A stretch of 64,000 nucleotides of DNA from Blepharisma stoltei ATCC 30299. Lineage: Eukaryota; Protista; Ciliophora. Both the position numbers and the translations under genes were made by a program. The notes below the pieces were generated by a model. The model saw only the letters and a list, made by a program, of their open reading frames with translations, was not told the DNA's origin and searched no databases. Where the stretch lies: positions 310,001 to 374,000 of the forward strand of contig CBFDEM010000050.1 in the NCBI GenBank assembly GCA_965603825.1, read 5' to 3'. Numbering within the stretch: the first letter of the stretch is position 1; each line of letters starts with the position of its first letter. Shown here piece after piece: positions 35,001-43,212 of the stretch.

Positions 35001-35209
35001 TAGTTCAGGTCTTCAAGCTTGGCTGAGGCAGATGATGATGAGCCTGGGACCTGATAATTATTGAGGTCTCCTCGAGTTAATAGAGCGCTATGATTGAAAA
35101 ACAGTTTTTGGTCACCAAGAATGCTCAGATCTCCCTTGAGCTCTTTTTCTAGAGCTTCAGAAGTTAGACCTGACACACGAGTTGCTATGCTGGTGGCTGC
35201 GTTACCCAT
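23021..35209 (-). CDS. Giant SPRY/CUB-like/MABP-like/UBA-like/HECT-fold protein, copy 1 (intact, 4062 aa; catalytic Cys absent)
   Basis: Single ORF. MGNAAT start. SPRY motifs (VGLLLDMDERSVLFFHNG; ITMFIDMNLRELTFFNG; IGSYIDFDKNEIAFYKN); CUB-like ESxHPY...FHSDGSVNYWG repeats; UBA-like LKLLGLTEDQITQAL; HECT-like C-terminus (ELQSPLLPLLIP, LGKFFGSAIR, VELCEGGANIDVT, FWEAI, LELPAYTS). Confidence 0.9.
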   Translation of the reverse strand: MGNAATSIATRVSGLTSEALEKELKGDLSILGDQKLFFNHSALLTRGDLNNYQVPGSSSSASAKLEDLNYINEEQMLCSMEDKSFIKERHTKVVQGLLNEIDLRKGEDSSSVEMTKKLQYLSKTYEALLRMDEREKRKSKPGASKTKETLNPIAKSGLSFGLSSLFGIIKVLGSDKPELYKIIIEAASSIVSDLSPMALNDNDPSISQVVSSVLAFFNSMLRRELPNIQEEDINACYSILFGLYVATGNLCTALALALTFANFDPSQDHSPIYKQIFPMLANFKDLTKLKISGSFAWETEKKGKGLEIRSDEPDVLVRTITDGWGANLSAEAWTEGVHYVEMLWTEGQTDYVYYGVCNGNYPNLDTTPEEQSFALSYKPAGGIFKAGNELYAFEKYQVGEKVGLLLDMDERSVLFFHNGKEDPKGPIRELPESMKLFMCLGGISKHKIVYNPEDMPAMARIKVDNYLKKFKVEVNLEDLNVIERAITTGEMADDYLQMKPIELTHYILKSFDALNDGIIEKLENKEKKVNVEKRMGLSLDIKNETVEILEKLALTCIEKIHSENVERESKEIYSEMLVYVLKLTRSHLIGSDMIPNATLERQLRTRIMKNTMDLINSMPGSKACEEATKIVTSCFSVFYKDPQEKLSYLLDRLKDQMDGVEISGIFKELEDRIFLEMARPDKLFPALELINDESQHLVETYFKYLIELSSEISKKLVRGEETSVGILKLLETSQIALFGQAAKSNFKGKWQEILMNYSLSVFQNCEEVLHIVKAKEKGSSLSDALTNTIRKTILADLLETLLYMLSLTRMSLDFLAKILPVLQSITTSLQHFDPKPKILNKGWALAAGDAYESSHNYDNSLDITHTVKINGARKYYLVFDPQCKTEKNCDYLELWKDDKKEEKLFRWDGDDFPKNGERVEVNTPYLFFTFHSDGSVNYWGWKIDIFGEIQADYYAKQWPDTTKDAAGIMVGFISVKLISGEFETTPEDEKVKALLQNPLLKYGISDKTLSLVKPQNPIPESLITLTQVPGIGEKVKPKMLNQFIRSDPTKKLVCNNKSELTLQEYIDSFGKWGDAKYSDNQFINDFIEGNSEIVRDWNTLKSLSGVSEEDSAIGGPDFDKAERAIFAVYVAFFEFAETFKNLLQDPTSVGSTVKYLVKDAVKYRKWADKYIQKSKETVSMTFEEVSKDVVVKCALLINSQHNQGLNELGITKIMKHLVTTVVGEASIPKMKKKESKWKQVKGGVSAASSLVAMLGRTESEDESHSEDVKEIKKISELILSLLETPASAEKIVDTIEKRRVKAMARALGLSSLGNLMSLSFRKETSLIRSFVDSLKQNNVKFHYWDSVEGIDSNLLKCIQKSFYNIYGYLQRELLKSKTEAIERPFFSHYLTVLDALCFPLKESDNLMIVEQQFPLIISLLLNWSKGYIGEEVETKSFLLDQCITGFKILVEADISDDVDKILLEAREGEGQNLYLIIEHKGALPVVDFQVTSEEIEGYENLGQFTQNGESKHIFIKKSEPSAKSQFLVSIQENLECEYRPYCDLLGEESEDEKQLRESLKDRLCRTAWAAYKLLVFSAVGNVSQSNSVVKQTVQDLFLNSIFNELKWDQSLLELGYSGLKLNVAVSGELWVNKMNAIKAFKKNPMQEWVRQFNKETEKLGESMLKETINDLIAKADPAMKGVLTPAEISKLDPEISELLSSQDAYKNSKGNFDFFKYINSVYAIKNTLSKEDQYYIEHSKIWTQIPEDFEQAALSYDFCNLETIYKNIVSRFNPKHQGKSFQQLIDLFELTETKGIVQSDKVQEDCPAEFKNEEGNLDLYVAMHAIAKDQNKFFDYYHELKWALLQYDDLPNSCLEVYKEKKSASEYMTSLLWTIYGCLGSSTIVSLLAREEYLAELLKITFLSSAESNFALGSRILKAILPSQHSPQTLGAIWTTLPHFNSESTSTDFVQFLLKRIGKMTYWYGFRDAKSKLFRCGYEALVLLKELMNIERWRGEVLTTIMKSLNDACQNLRDGKALPMYQVGAIEALAILSKQVDIFGNDPIELAEAKLINSKMTRCIIRAIDGDTVNIYSPVTDETVSVNTESIAYLRTINNFNAMKILSQDELQSIKDSAINLWFALIESEFLRFNMKSERTASFRTLYAHLENVIVNAITLILKKKEISDEEGADLLRSIMKHAKAETRVLGNKEKQLLIKQILKTIAEKYIYDDFTDEEIMEMFSNASDKTKYLIEELTKENILTMIIAKCLDKGIKDKNGILEFAGKVEEPKSTLLFKLQQIESIELETSDIAGYADIYQNSSSQFVIENSNFTTSRKEITTVPDLSVFRNTTQFVESLTILAQLEGIHYQNQLSYGLKLGGVDIGISTSSGSPSFEVNGSVVCPAKLGEVLAVRVYLNPNGEIRIINENTKETIDLQDTTTFNGLQMGAYGLYMEAGTRASLLTFEVYDGKNTKATPTKVNKSKEAETYKTIKVTQKSDNYDRLRLKLLGLTEDQITQALSSDRDLRSSLDYVSQNFPNAFQNTISSLNQDVITELKLVKTIREVPNGFTAVPIYEDGKQKEFNIPKRMILCAKKEQVTTGSGYSSIALGTEAKDHIDLGNFDPEDQASDSLTHIWVKQGEIEKSCIKDIIFIKSSSMYNVKVPFGYKIIKDEEGNAINLGHNLGKKSVLFLAAKISDTALNCALTPFKKMILAKMPLCGLLETAENNETKVKDDAFDALSIQELFSHYYKFMDSSKQVSYKNLALMLIKKCPTSIATIALEFSITKLFDFLGSSINKIAKKIDTLLSQDNPKFKDKLFKDCLERMLRCLIYTEKSGASLSSLTIESPTHPYDNNMDLDQEIRIPGAKKLKFVFDPQCKTESGCDPLRFYKNPGRVDEIKCISGEGETNWAQFEVDGEVVYTYFHSDGSVNYWGYKFEVIPEGSSSVVAEHPWPAMWVLNKISSMNPIPKEFMEITHPRCVQPIFLHSLSANNLELKLDSVRILNKIIRDQKGPLFKNILNILIAQANELHNVVSSNKAENSLMQATARLLEDASHKFQLTGEELWFMEFCELVSDIKGLSEKDGLLETFLFESFKKNVTCNLGRTYESKHPYIRQTTKEFIQIPGASFISIVFDSNSNLDPRDTAVFSYDEFGKKLVEEKKIEAIISEARWREEPCGSKVTFSEENSQVTRVKGSGWGNAIWSEDYSDGTVSIKFKIESDGDSDYWYIGVYRTAKDVQNYDLNEYIGCDCPHDVWSWKKTGEVHKKGWFKGGFEGFKEGDEITMFIDMNLRELTFFNGALEVFKFTGIASSVTPVICFGSLNQVITVLSVERMAGSKPLSERNLDIIGDSVYYWIPVHKTANIKHVWDSNQNGAALNANKTTVTKSTSDKTYHETEAEMRNGKYYIEVSVESKGYVGVGFTKKSLINENTIEGSEQTVIYYSNGKLGTADSASYDQNDVIGSYIDFDKNEIAFYKNEKLLDTVQVALNIEDSEDCFKFIAVLSEENQSLAINNSGKYPAGVDLMKIDSEQETELWGYQFSLTPNFKGRNTKLIDSYLSFASAGDRENWRENYKPTYSKFFKDGIAQQFIEFMNGYLDANSISFDSMLSNNALCISPEELIYYPDLQKLSEAELFNLKEILFNFCSRFQNYFYLFDLHTEADEPENSLMKFIKKAKYYLLSRFKKERLENHLDGTKTECRIDITIDKAKAQEIKAKGEVDHSATASMFSQISRALGAAANKTLRHPERMFKFAYKPEGIQDDAGKYNELLTELSKELQSPLLPLLIPSQNNVLNVGNGRDNWMINPTSTLPAHMHLFTTLGKFFGSAIRTKLRLRLSLPVIVFKHLLYENVTTEDLRDFDFPLYKFLHKLRNLEAYGITADNFGQQISEKFIVKYGEEVVELCEGGANIDVTFENAAHYADLLEKHKLFENPKAYDSIRKGVAAVVPIDKLNLFTAAQLRELICLNQEVKLEVLEENTVYENCRRTDPHIENFWEAIKSLKESELAKFIDYIARRSKITEWDWPLKFTIAKHSKSGAVNTLVPIIDNTIFRLELPAYTSPEIMKEKIIFAISHNSKFDSLDINI

Positions 35210-35999
35210 TAATTATACTAATGACTGAAAATGGTCCAAATATCGATGGTAATAAAATCTGTCAAAAATTTATTAAAGTTTATTTAATTAGAGATGCTTT
35301 CAAGAATCCAAAGAAAGCCAAAAAATTGTATTTTTATTGAATATAATAAAATCTCTTAAAAAATCCAATTGTGCATAATCTCTTTTCTTTAAGAAAGAAA
35401 TTGTAAATAACTACTGCAATATCTGCATTCCTAAGATATTATTAGATGTGAGAAGAATTTGGTCACATGAGTCGAGTCTATCATTGAGCCATACCATAAA
35501 AACTAATTATCCGATAAAAATGTCAGGCCTAGCCAAATCTGATTTCATGTGAAGTGAAATATTTTAAAGACAAAATTTCTTTATCAGATAAACTCATTAA
35601 AGATTACTAGCGAAAAGTTTAAAATGTGTAATCTATATATGCTTGAAAAGCAAACAAAATATTATTATTTCATTTAATAGAGATTGATTTGATGCTTTAA
35701 TCGCTTTGTTTCTAATACTCTAGAAAGATAGAAAGTATTTAATCAATAATAAGCAATTGCATTCTTAGAGGAAGTTTTATTTGAAAAGGTATAAAAGAAA
35801 GACCATTGTCACTAACTTCTGTAATGTGATCAAGTAAACATTTAATCCATAATTTTTGTAAGGAAAGAAAATGAACTTGCATTTGCTTCGATATTTAAAC
35901 AAATGGACTTTTAAATGGAAAATTTAATCACTGGTAAGTTATAATGTGAATGAATTGATCGATAAGAATTTATATCAAGAAATGAAAGGAAATAAAAAT

Positions 36000-37560
36000 A
36001 TATTTAAACCAGATAAAGATCTATCAAAGTTGCATGTGTGAACATTCAGAATAATAAATTAGGTATTAAAAATTATACAATAAATGAAATTAGGTAATCA
36101 AATTGTGATCTCATAGGAATTTTAGAAAGCGGATTTGGAGAATTGCTAGCAAGAATTTATTTAGATCTTAAAATTGGATAATTGGGGCTTAAAAATTCAT
36201 TCTTTAGATGCTGATAATTGGAGAATTTTTGAGAAAGATAGTAATAGTGCGAATTCTCAATTATTGAAGGTCTAGACTTTCAAGCATGCTTTTTTGCGTA
36301 GCCAAAATGCAGTGCAAGAATTTTGCTTTTGAAAATATATTAAGAAATATCAATGTGATATAATAATTGGAACTTTAATTTACATATCAAGGGCTATTTA
36401 TCAAATAAAAATGATAAAATAAGTTAATTATTCTGATCTTTCTGGAGGAGCATAAGTATAAAATTAGAAATTTTATGAGCAATGCTACTTTTAAGACGAT
36501 AAACTGAAAAATATTATTAATTCACACCTACGCAAATTTCCTTTGGATCTCTTCCTTTTTAAAACAGGAAAAACTTCAATATGATTAAATTTTTCAAGCT
36601 GAGCAGAAAAAAAAAGATATTTAGATTTTCAGATTAATAAGAGTATTAAAATTTATATAATACATATGAGAATATGAAAATCACTTTTGTAAGCTTGCAG
36701 AAATAGATATTACTAATTGAATATAGGCATTTCAAAATTAATTACGAAGTGCATATGGAAGAAACAATGATAATTAGAAATATCAAAATTTTGAATAAAA
36801 ATGAACTTGTTGGATTACATACAAATAAATTTTTAGATATTATTAGCATAAAGAATGATTGCTTATTACTCAACTGAAAATTTAAATTTGCGAAAGAGAA
36901 ATTGCATTCGCTGCAATAATGATATGGATTATATATAAAAGGATTTTTAAAGTAGATTATATGAGAGTAATAAACATCTGTTTATGTTTTCGAAGAGAAA
37001 AATTATATTCCTAATCCAGATGAAATTCAAGAAGACAGGAGGAACATTAATTCAAAAAAAAAGGATTAGATGGTTTTGCAATCTCATTTCTGGGAAGATT
37101 TAACCATATAATATTTAATATTTTTAAGGATTGATAATAAAGCAAAGCATTGGAGAATAAAATTGGTGTATAATTGCTCCTATCTATAAAAACGGAGATA
37201 AAAATTTAGCAGAAAACTACAAGCCAATTATACTAATAAACGTTTTAGTAAAATTATATGAAACAAATATATTCAGTAAATATAGAAGAATGCTATCACA
37301 AAATATTAAAAGCTATCAATTAGAATTTTTAGAGAAAAAATTAGCTAAAATACAACATGAAATACTAAACTCATGGATTTATCAGGAGTTTATCAAGTTT
37401 AACATCAACAAAGTGGGTATGTCTTTCTTCTTTTTATAGATTTAAAAAAAGATGATGATTATGCAAACTGGAAAATTTTAATTGACAAGCTAGAGAATTA
37501 TTATATTCCAAGTAATTAATTAATGCTGTCAAACTAATCTTTAAAGTTCAAACTTTAAGT
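36000..37560 (+). mobile_element. Highly decayed non-LTR retrotransposon (APE endonuclease plus N-terminal RT), 3'-truncated
   Basis: Hand translation: IKVACVNIQ...CDLIGILES (36023-36130), DIIIG/FNLHIKG (~36357-36394), IIAPIYKNGDKNLAENYKPIILINVLVKLYE (37170-37262), FIDLKKDDDYANWKILIDKLENYYIP (~37433-37510). Many stops and frameshifts; boundaries approximate. Confidence 0.75.
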
Positions 37561-37650
37561 ATTTTAGATTTAAGGATGCCCTGAATATACTTTTCCCATT
37601 AAATATAATATATTGAATTAAACCTAATTTTAATTTGAATGTCCATTATC

Positions 37651-39829
37651 TTAAGTATTAATATCTAAAGAATCAAACTTGTTATTGTGGGCAATCGCAA
37701 ATATGATCTTCTCTTTCATGATTTCTGGAGATGTATAAGCTGGTAGCTCAAGTCTGAATGTAGCATTGTCGACAATAGGAACCAATGCATTCTCTGCCCC
37801 GGATTTACTGTGCTTGGCTATTGTAAATTTAAGAGGCCAATCCCACTCAATAAGCTTAGACCTTCTAGCAATATAGTCAATAAATCTGGCACGCTCACTT
37901 TCTTTTAATGATTTAATTGCTTCCCAGAAGTTTTCAATGTGCGGATCTGTTCTTCTACAATTTTCATAAACGGTGTTTTCTTCTAAGACTTCTAATTTGA
38001 CTTCTTGATTCAGGCCTATGAGTTCACGTAGTTGAGCAGCTGTGAATAGGTTCAATTTATCAATAGGAACAACAGCAGCCATACCTTTCCTTATAGAATC
38101 GTAAGCTTTAGGATTTTCAAATAATTTGTGCTTCTCTAATAGATCAGCATAGTGGCCAACATTTTCAAAAGTAACTTCAATATTAGCTCCGTCTTCACAA
38201 AGCTCCACAACTTCTTCACCATATTTCACTATGAACTTCTCAGAAATATGCTGGCCGAAGTTTTCCGCAGTAATTCCATAGGCTTCAAGGTTCCTTAATT
38301 TATGCAAAAACTTGTAGATTGGGAAGTCAAAGTCTCTTAAATCTTCGGTTGTGACGTCTTCGTATAGAAGATGCTTAAATACAATAACAGGGAGTGAAAG
38401 TCTCAGCTTTTGCTGATAAGTACGGATTGCAGAACTGAAGAATTTTCCAAGAGTGTTGAATAGGTGCATATGACTTGAGAGAGTGGAGGTTGGATTGATC
38501 ATTCAATTATCTCTTCCATTTCCTACGTTAAGGACATTATTTTGAGATGGGATTAATAGTGGAAGTAATTGAGATTGAAGCTCTTTAGAAATTTTCCTCA
38601 ATAATTCATTATACATTCAGACATTATCTTGGATTCCTTCTGGTTTGTAGGCAAATTTGAACATTATTTTATCATGTCTAAGAGCTTTATTTGGTGCTGC
38701 TATCAAAGCTCTGCTTATTTGACCAAACATTGAAGCAGTTGCAGAATGATCTGCATCCCCTTTAGCTTTTATTTCTTGTGCTTTAACTTTATCGATAATA
38801 ATGCCAATTCTGCAGTTAGTTTGATAATTTCAAAGACTCTGATTAAAAAATAATTCTAGTTTGAGTTCTGAAAATAAATAATACTTGGCCTTCTTAATAG
38901 ACTTCATGAGAGAGTTTTCTGGTTCGTCTGCTTCAGTGTGCAAATCGAACAGATAGAAGTATTTTTGGAATCTTAAGCCGAAGTCAAGGAGAATTTCGTT
39001 CAAATTAAGCAGCTCTGCCTCTGATAATTTTTGTAAGTCTGGATAATAAATTAACCACTCTGGAAGAATACTCAAATACTCTTCGACCTCATCGAAATGA
39101 TGCATTCTAAAACAATTTTCAATCATGTATCCACCCATAAATTCACTAAGCTGCCGTGCTATGCCATCTTTAAAAAATTTGGAATAGGTAGGCTTGTAGT
39201 TTTCTCTCCAATTTTCTCTGTCGCTAGCTGATGCAAAGCTCAAATAGGAATCAATGAGTTTGGTGCTTCTTCCTTTGAAAATAGGTGTTAAGGTGAACTT
39301 ATAGCCCCAGAATTCAGTTTCTTCTTCAGAGTCAATTTTCATAAGATCAACATCGGCAGGGTATTTTCCTGTATTACAGATTGATAAATTTTGATTTTCT
39401 TCTGATAAGACAGCAATAAATTTGAAGCAGTCTTCAGAGTCTTCGATATTAAGAGCTACTTGGACAGTGTCTAAAAATTTGTAATTCTTATAGAAGGCAA
39501 TTTCGTTTTTATCAAAATCGATATAGCTCCCAATGACGTCGTTTTGGTTATAGCTCTCGCTGTCAGCTTTACCGATTTTCCCATTACTATAATATATTAC
39601 AGTTTGCTCATTTCCTTCAATAGTGTTCGAATGGATCAAATTCTTCTTGGTAAAGCCAACCCCTACAGATCCTTTGGATTCAACAGAGACTTCGATGTAG
39701 TATTTGCCGTGTCTCATTTCAGCTTCTGTTTCATGATAAGTTTTATCACTTGTTAACTTTGTGACAGTTGTTTTATTAGAGTTAAGTGCAGCTCCGCTCT
39801 ATTTGATGTCCCATTCATGCTTAATATTA
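37651..39829 (-). pseudogene. HECT-fold giant gene copy 2, 5'-truncated (last SPRY plus HECT only)
   Basis: Clearly homologous to the 3' ~2.2 kb of copy 1; homology stops at 39829. In-frame TAG at 39799-39801. From ATG 39717 a 688-aa frame is open if UGA=Trp. Confidence 0.8.
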
Positions 39830-42800
39830 TCCATCATATGAATTTATTTTGATATATGATGACCTGTTTGTGGTATCGCTGTCTTCCCGTAGCCATCTAT
39901 ATAATTTGGTCGTTTTCTCAGTTTCTTCTTGTAGCCTGTGCATGGACTCCATCATGTTTGCTTTTCTCACAGCTTCTGCTATCTTTAGCCTTCAATCACC
40001 ATCTTCAATTTCTCTGAATTTGTCATATAGTCGAAACTCCTCCAGTCCTAGCAGCTGCATAATCTCCCTGCATCTGAGCTCCCACGGTAATTCTTCTTCA
40101 GAATTTATTGTTCTCACTATTACTGACAATCTGCATCTCTATCATATATTCTTTTCCTGAATCTGAGCGTGTATGCCCTGATATGATTCACAAGTGCTAT
40201 CCACCCCAAATCCAGCAGAGAGGTCTCTCTTGCTGTCCCAATGATTGTTTATAGCAGCATCCTAGCTAGTCTCATCCTCTCATTCTCAGCGCACTTCAAT
40301 ACTGCACCACTCAGTTCACGCTGTGCACATTCTATGGCATATGTAGCCACGGGAGTTACACATGCTTCTGCTATAATCAATTTTTTGGTGATCGATAGGT
40401 TATTCATGCACCCAAGTAGGATTTTAGTTGCTCTACTTGCTGATCTTATTTTTTCAATTATTGCTTTGGCATCAGTGGTGCTTGCTCTGGTACTCCCTAT
40501 ATTTTTCCCTAAATATTTATATTGCTTCACCTGCCTCAGTTGTTGCCCATCGATGACTAATTTCAATTTTGTAGGCCTAACAGCATAATCCACCACACCT
40601 GATTTCTGCTGATTTATCTTTAGTGAATATTTGCGTGCCCAGTCACTACATATATCTGCTATTTGCTGTAGTTGAAGTTCATTGTTTGCCAACAGTGCAA
40701 TATCGTCGGCATAGAGCAGAAATCCCAATCTGCTTCCATCAGGTCCTAGCTGTATTCCTAAATCTGTGCCTTCTATGGCTCATGCTAGCTCATTCGGTAT
40801 TAGATTAAAGCACATGGGTGATGAGCTTCCACCTTGCCTAACACCTCTTCTAATGTTAATCGGCTATGATAACCTCTCGTTAATAATTATCTTGCCCTCG
40901 CACCCTGTGTACATTGCCCCGACAATGCTGACAATATCTTTCTCAATTCCTCTTTCAACCATTGTCTTATATAAGTCTGAATGCTTGACTGTGTCGAATG
41001 CTTTGCTTATGTCAAGAAAGGCGCACACGATTCCTTCTTTCCTAAGCCTGCAGTGTTCTATCACTGATTCAAGCCTATAAATCTGGCCCGAGGTAGACAT
41101 TCCCGCCATATATCCCGCCTGCACTGGGCGCATTATGTGTTTGCTCATTACATCTTGTGCTAGCCTGTTTGCTACTATTTTATCAATAACCTTATATATG
41201 GAATTAAGTAGTGTTATCGGTCTGTAGTCTTCCGGTTTCTTTGAGCCTAGTTTTTTTGTAAACCACTAGCGCACACTTCATCGTTTTTGGAAGCGTTCTC
41301 TTTTGTCATATTTCCATTATTATTCCTCAATACATTTCCGTTGCTGCTTCACCACCATATTTAATTAGTTCAGATGATACACCATCCGGTCCTACTGCTT
41401 TCCTGTTGCTCAGCGACCCAATCGCATTCTCAACCTCTGGTCTCGTTGGTATTTTAGGATCTCCTTCTTTCCCCCAGTCTCATTCCCTGTCGTCATATTG
41501 CAGTTTCCACCACTTTATCATCTCCTCCTCTTCCCCTTTTGTGAAGCTCACTGGTTTGCTTCTCATTGCTCGCTTTATCCGTCTTGCTATCTCCCACATA
41601 TCGCTTGCGCTCGCTATTGCTTGCTCTATCTTCCTTTCCCTACATGTCTTCAACTTATTTCCTCATATCTTCGTTCTATTCCCTCCTGCTCTCTCTTCCG
41701 TAACTCAACTAACTCTTTAATGAGTTCTTCTTGATAAAGTTTGCGGAAAGTGGGATTCTGCAGTCGATCTATGCGTATTCTTCTAAACTGCGATTTATTA
41801 TTTCTTGAATTTCAGTCTCATAGTTTTAGTGTTATTGGAATGTGATCACTTTTTATCGGGTTGTTTCATTTGTGTCAAAGTCAATGACACTTTCCACTAG
41901 GTCCCTCGAGAGAACTGCATAGTCTAGGTAAAAGGTATTCCACATAGAGTGTAGATGCGTTGGTTTGTCAAGTTGCAAAAGTTCTTGATCCCATTCCCTA
42001 CACATCGTCTTGAGCTTTGTTCCATTATTGTTCGTTTCGTTTGACCACCATCCTTTGATATGGCCGTTGAAATCCCCCATCATTACCTCCTTCCTATTTT
42101 CTAGTCTACACCAATCTATCGCTTCATATATTCTTTCATAGAAGGTCTCTATCTCTCCTTCATTGGCTCCTTCCACGGGGGCATATGCTTCTATGAATGC
42201 CATTTTACCAAATGTCTGCCCCAAAATCCTCCCAGGCATAAATTCGCGTGTTTCACCTGTCTCTATCTCTATATCCTTTTTTATCAGTATTCCAACCCTG
42301 CCTTTCTATTTGTCCCTGAACTCATCACTCACCTGTAACCCCTTATTTGTGGCAGTTCCTCCTCCTTCTCACAATATAGTTCGCAGAAACCTATTATGTC
42401 CGGATTGATGTCTTTGATAAATTCTTCTACTTGATAGCCTTTCGTCTTGATCCCTTGTATGTTTATGTGACTGATAGTCTTCAGTCTGCTATGTACTTCA
42501 CATTTGGGCCTCTTATTTTCTTGCCTAGAGTAGCCTGCTTCAGTCATCGTTCTTTTTTTTGGCATTGATGAGGTATTTAGCATGTCATTTAATGATGGCG
42601 CAACTTGTTGCGCTGGCTCATGTTGTAGCGATGGTCTGGCCTGTAGTGATGGCTTGAGTAGTATTGTTGGGATGCTTTTTAGTGATCATACGTCATGTAC
42701 TTGTGGTGACGACGTGGCCTGTAATGACAGCATGACTTGAAATGACGATTTTGCCTGTAACAGTGGCATAACCTGTAGTGATGGATTTTCTAATGATGGC

Positions 42801-43030
42801 ATAGCTGAATTGCTGGCTCATCTTGTAGTGACGGTATAATTTGCCTCGGTGTAACTTGTGCTGATGCATCAATTTGTGCTGAAATTTCATGTGCTGGCAC
42901 AATTCTTGTTGGTGTAGTTTTTGCTGATTTACCAGGTTCTCGAAGATTAGCATTCTCTCTAGCCGTGCCTGCAGTGCTGGCTTTACTGGTCCTTGCAACA
43001 ATTGTTTCTGTCCTTTTTCCTTCCTTCAAT
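39830..43030 (-). mobile_element. Non-LTR retrotransposon (LINE-like, APE+RT), frameshifted, 3' end missing
   Basis: APE motifs HINIQG, DIIGFCE, AYAP, MGDFNGH, LDY, SDHIP. RT motifs KAVGPDG, DYRPITLLN, FLDISKAFDTV, GVRQGGSSSP, LLYADDIALL, YKYLG. GC content higher than flanks; several frameshifts and stops. Confidence 0.92.
42590..42900 (-). repeat. Degenerate 18-nt (6-aa, xxPSLQ) tandem repeat in the LINE N-terminal region
   Basis: Recurring CCATCACTACAG-like units; translation ...IIPSLQDEPAIQ/MPSLENPSLQVMPLLQAKSSFQVMLSLQATSSPQ...LKPSLQARPSLQHEPAQQVAPSLN. Confidence 0.7.
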
Positions 43031-43212
43031 GCTCCCTTAACTTCCCTACGAGATAAGCAAAGAGGATTATAGATGAATACTTTGAGCGCAATTTTAAGTT
43101 ATGAAATAAGATGGACATTTTAAGATACAAAACTAATATTTTAACTTTTTTTTAACCTATTTTAGTGAATGGGCAAGTAAGGCCTTAATAATTTTAGCTT
43201 AATGCATGCTAT

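Noticed and set aside
39799-39801. UAG=Gln or context-dependent (Condylostoma-type) stop codons, since this TAG aligns with Gln
   Set aside because: Intact genes have no internal TAA/TAG outside the intron; TAG ends TRRAP, CRAL-TRIO and MFS genes; other internal stops align with Met/Leu (50769) and Tyr (57090). A simple CAG>TAG mutation suffices.
42590-42900. CRISPR-like array
   Set aside because: Degenerate coding 18-nt repeat without unique spacers, in a eukaryotic context.
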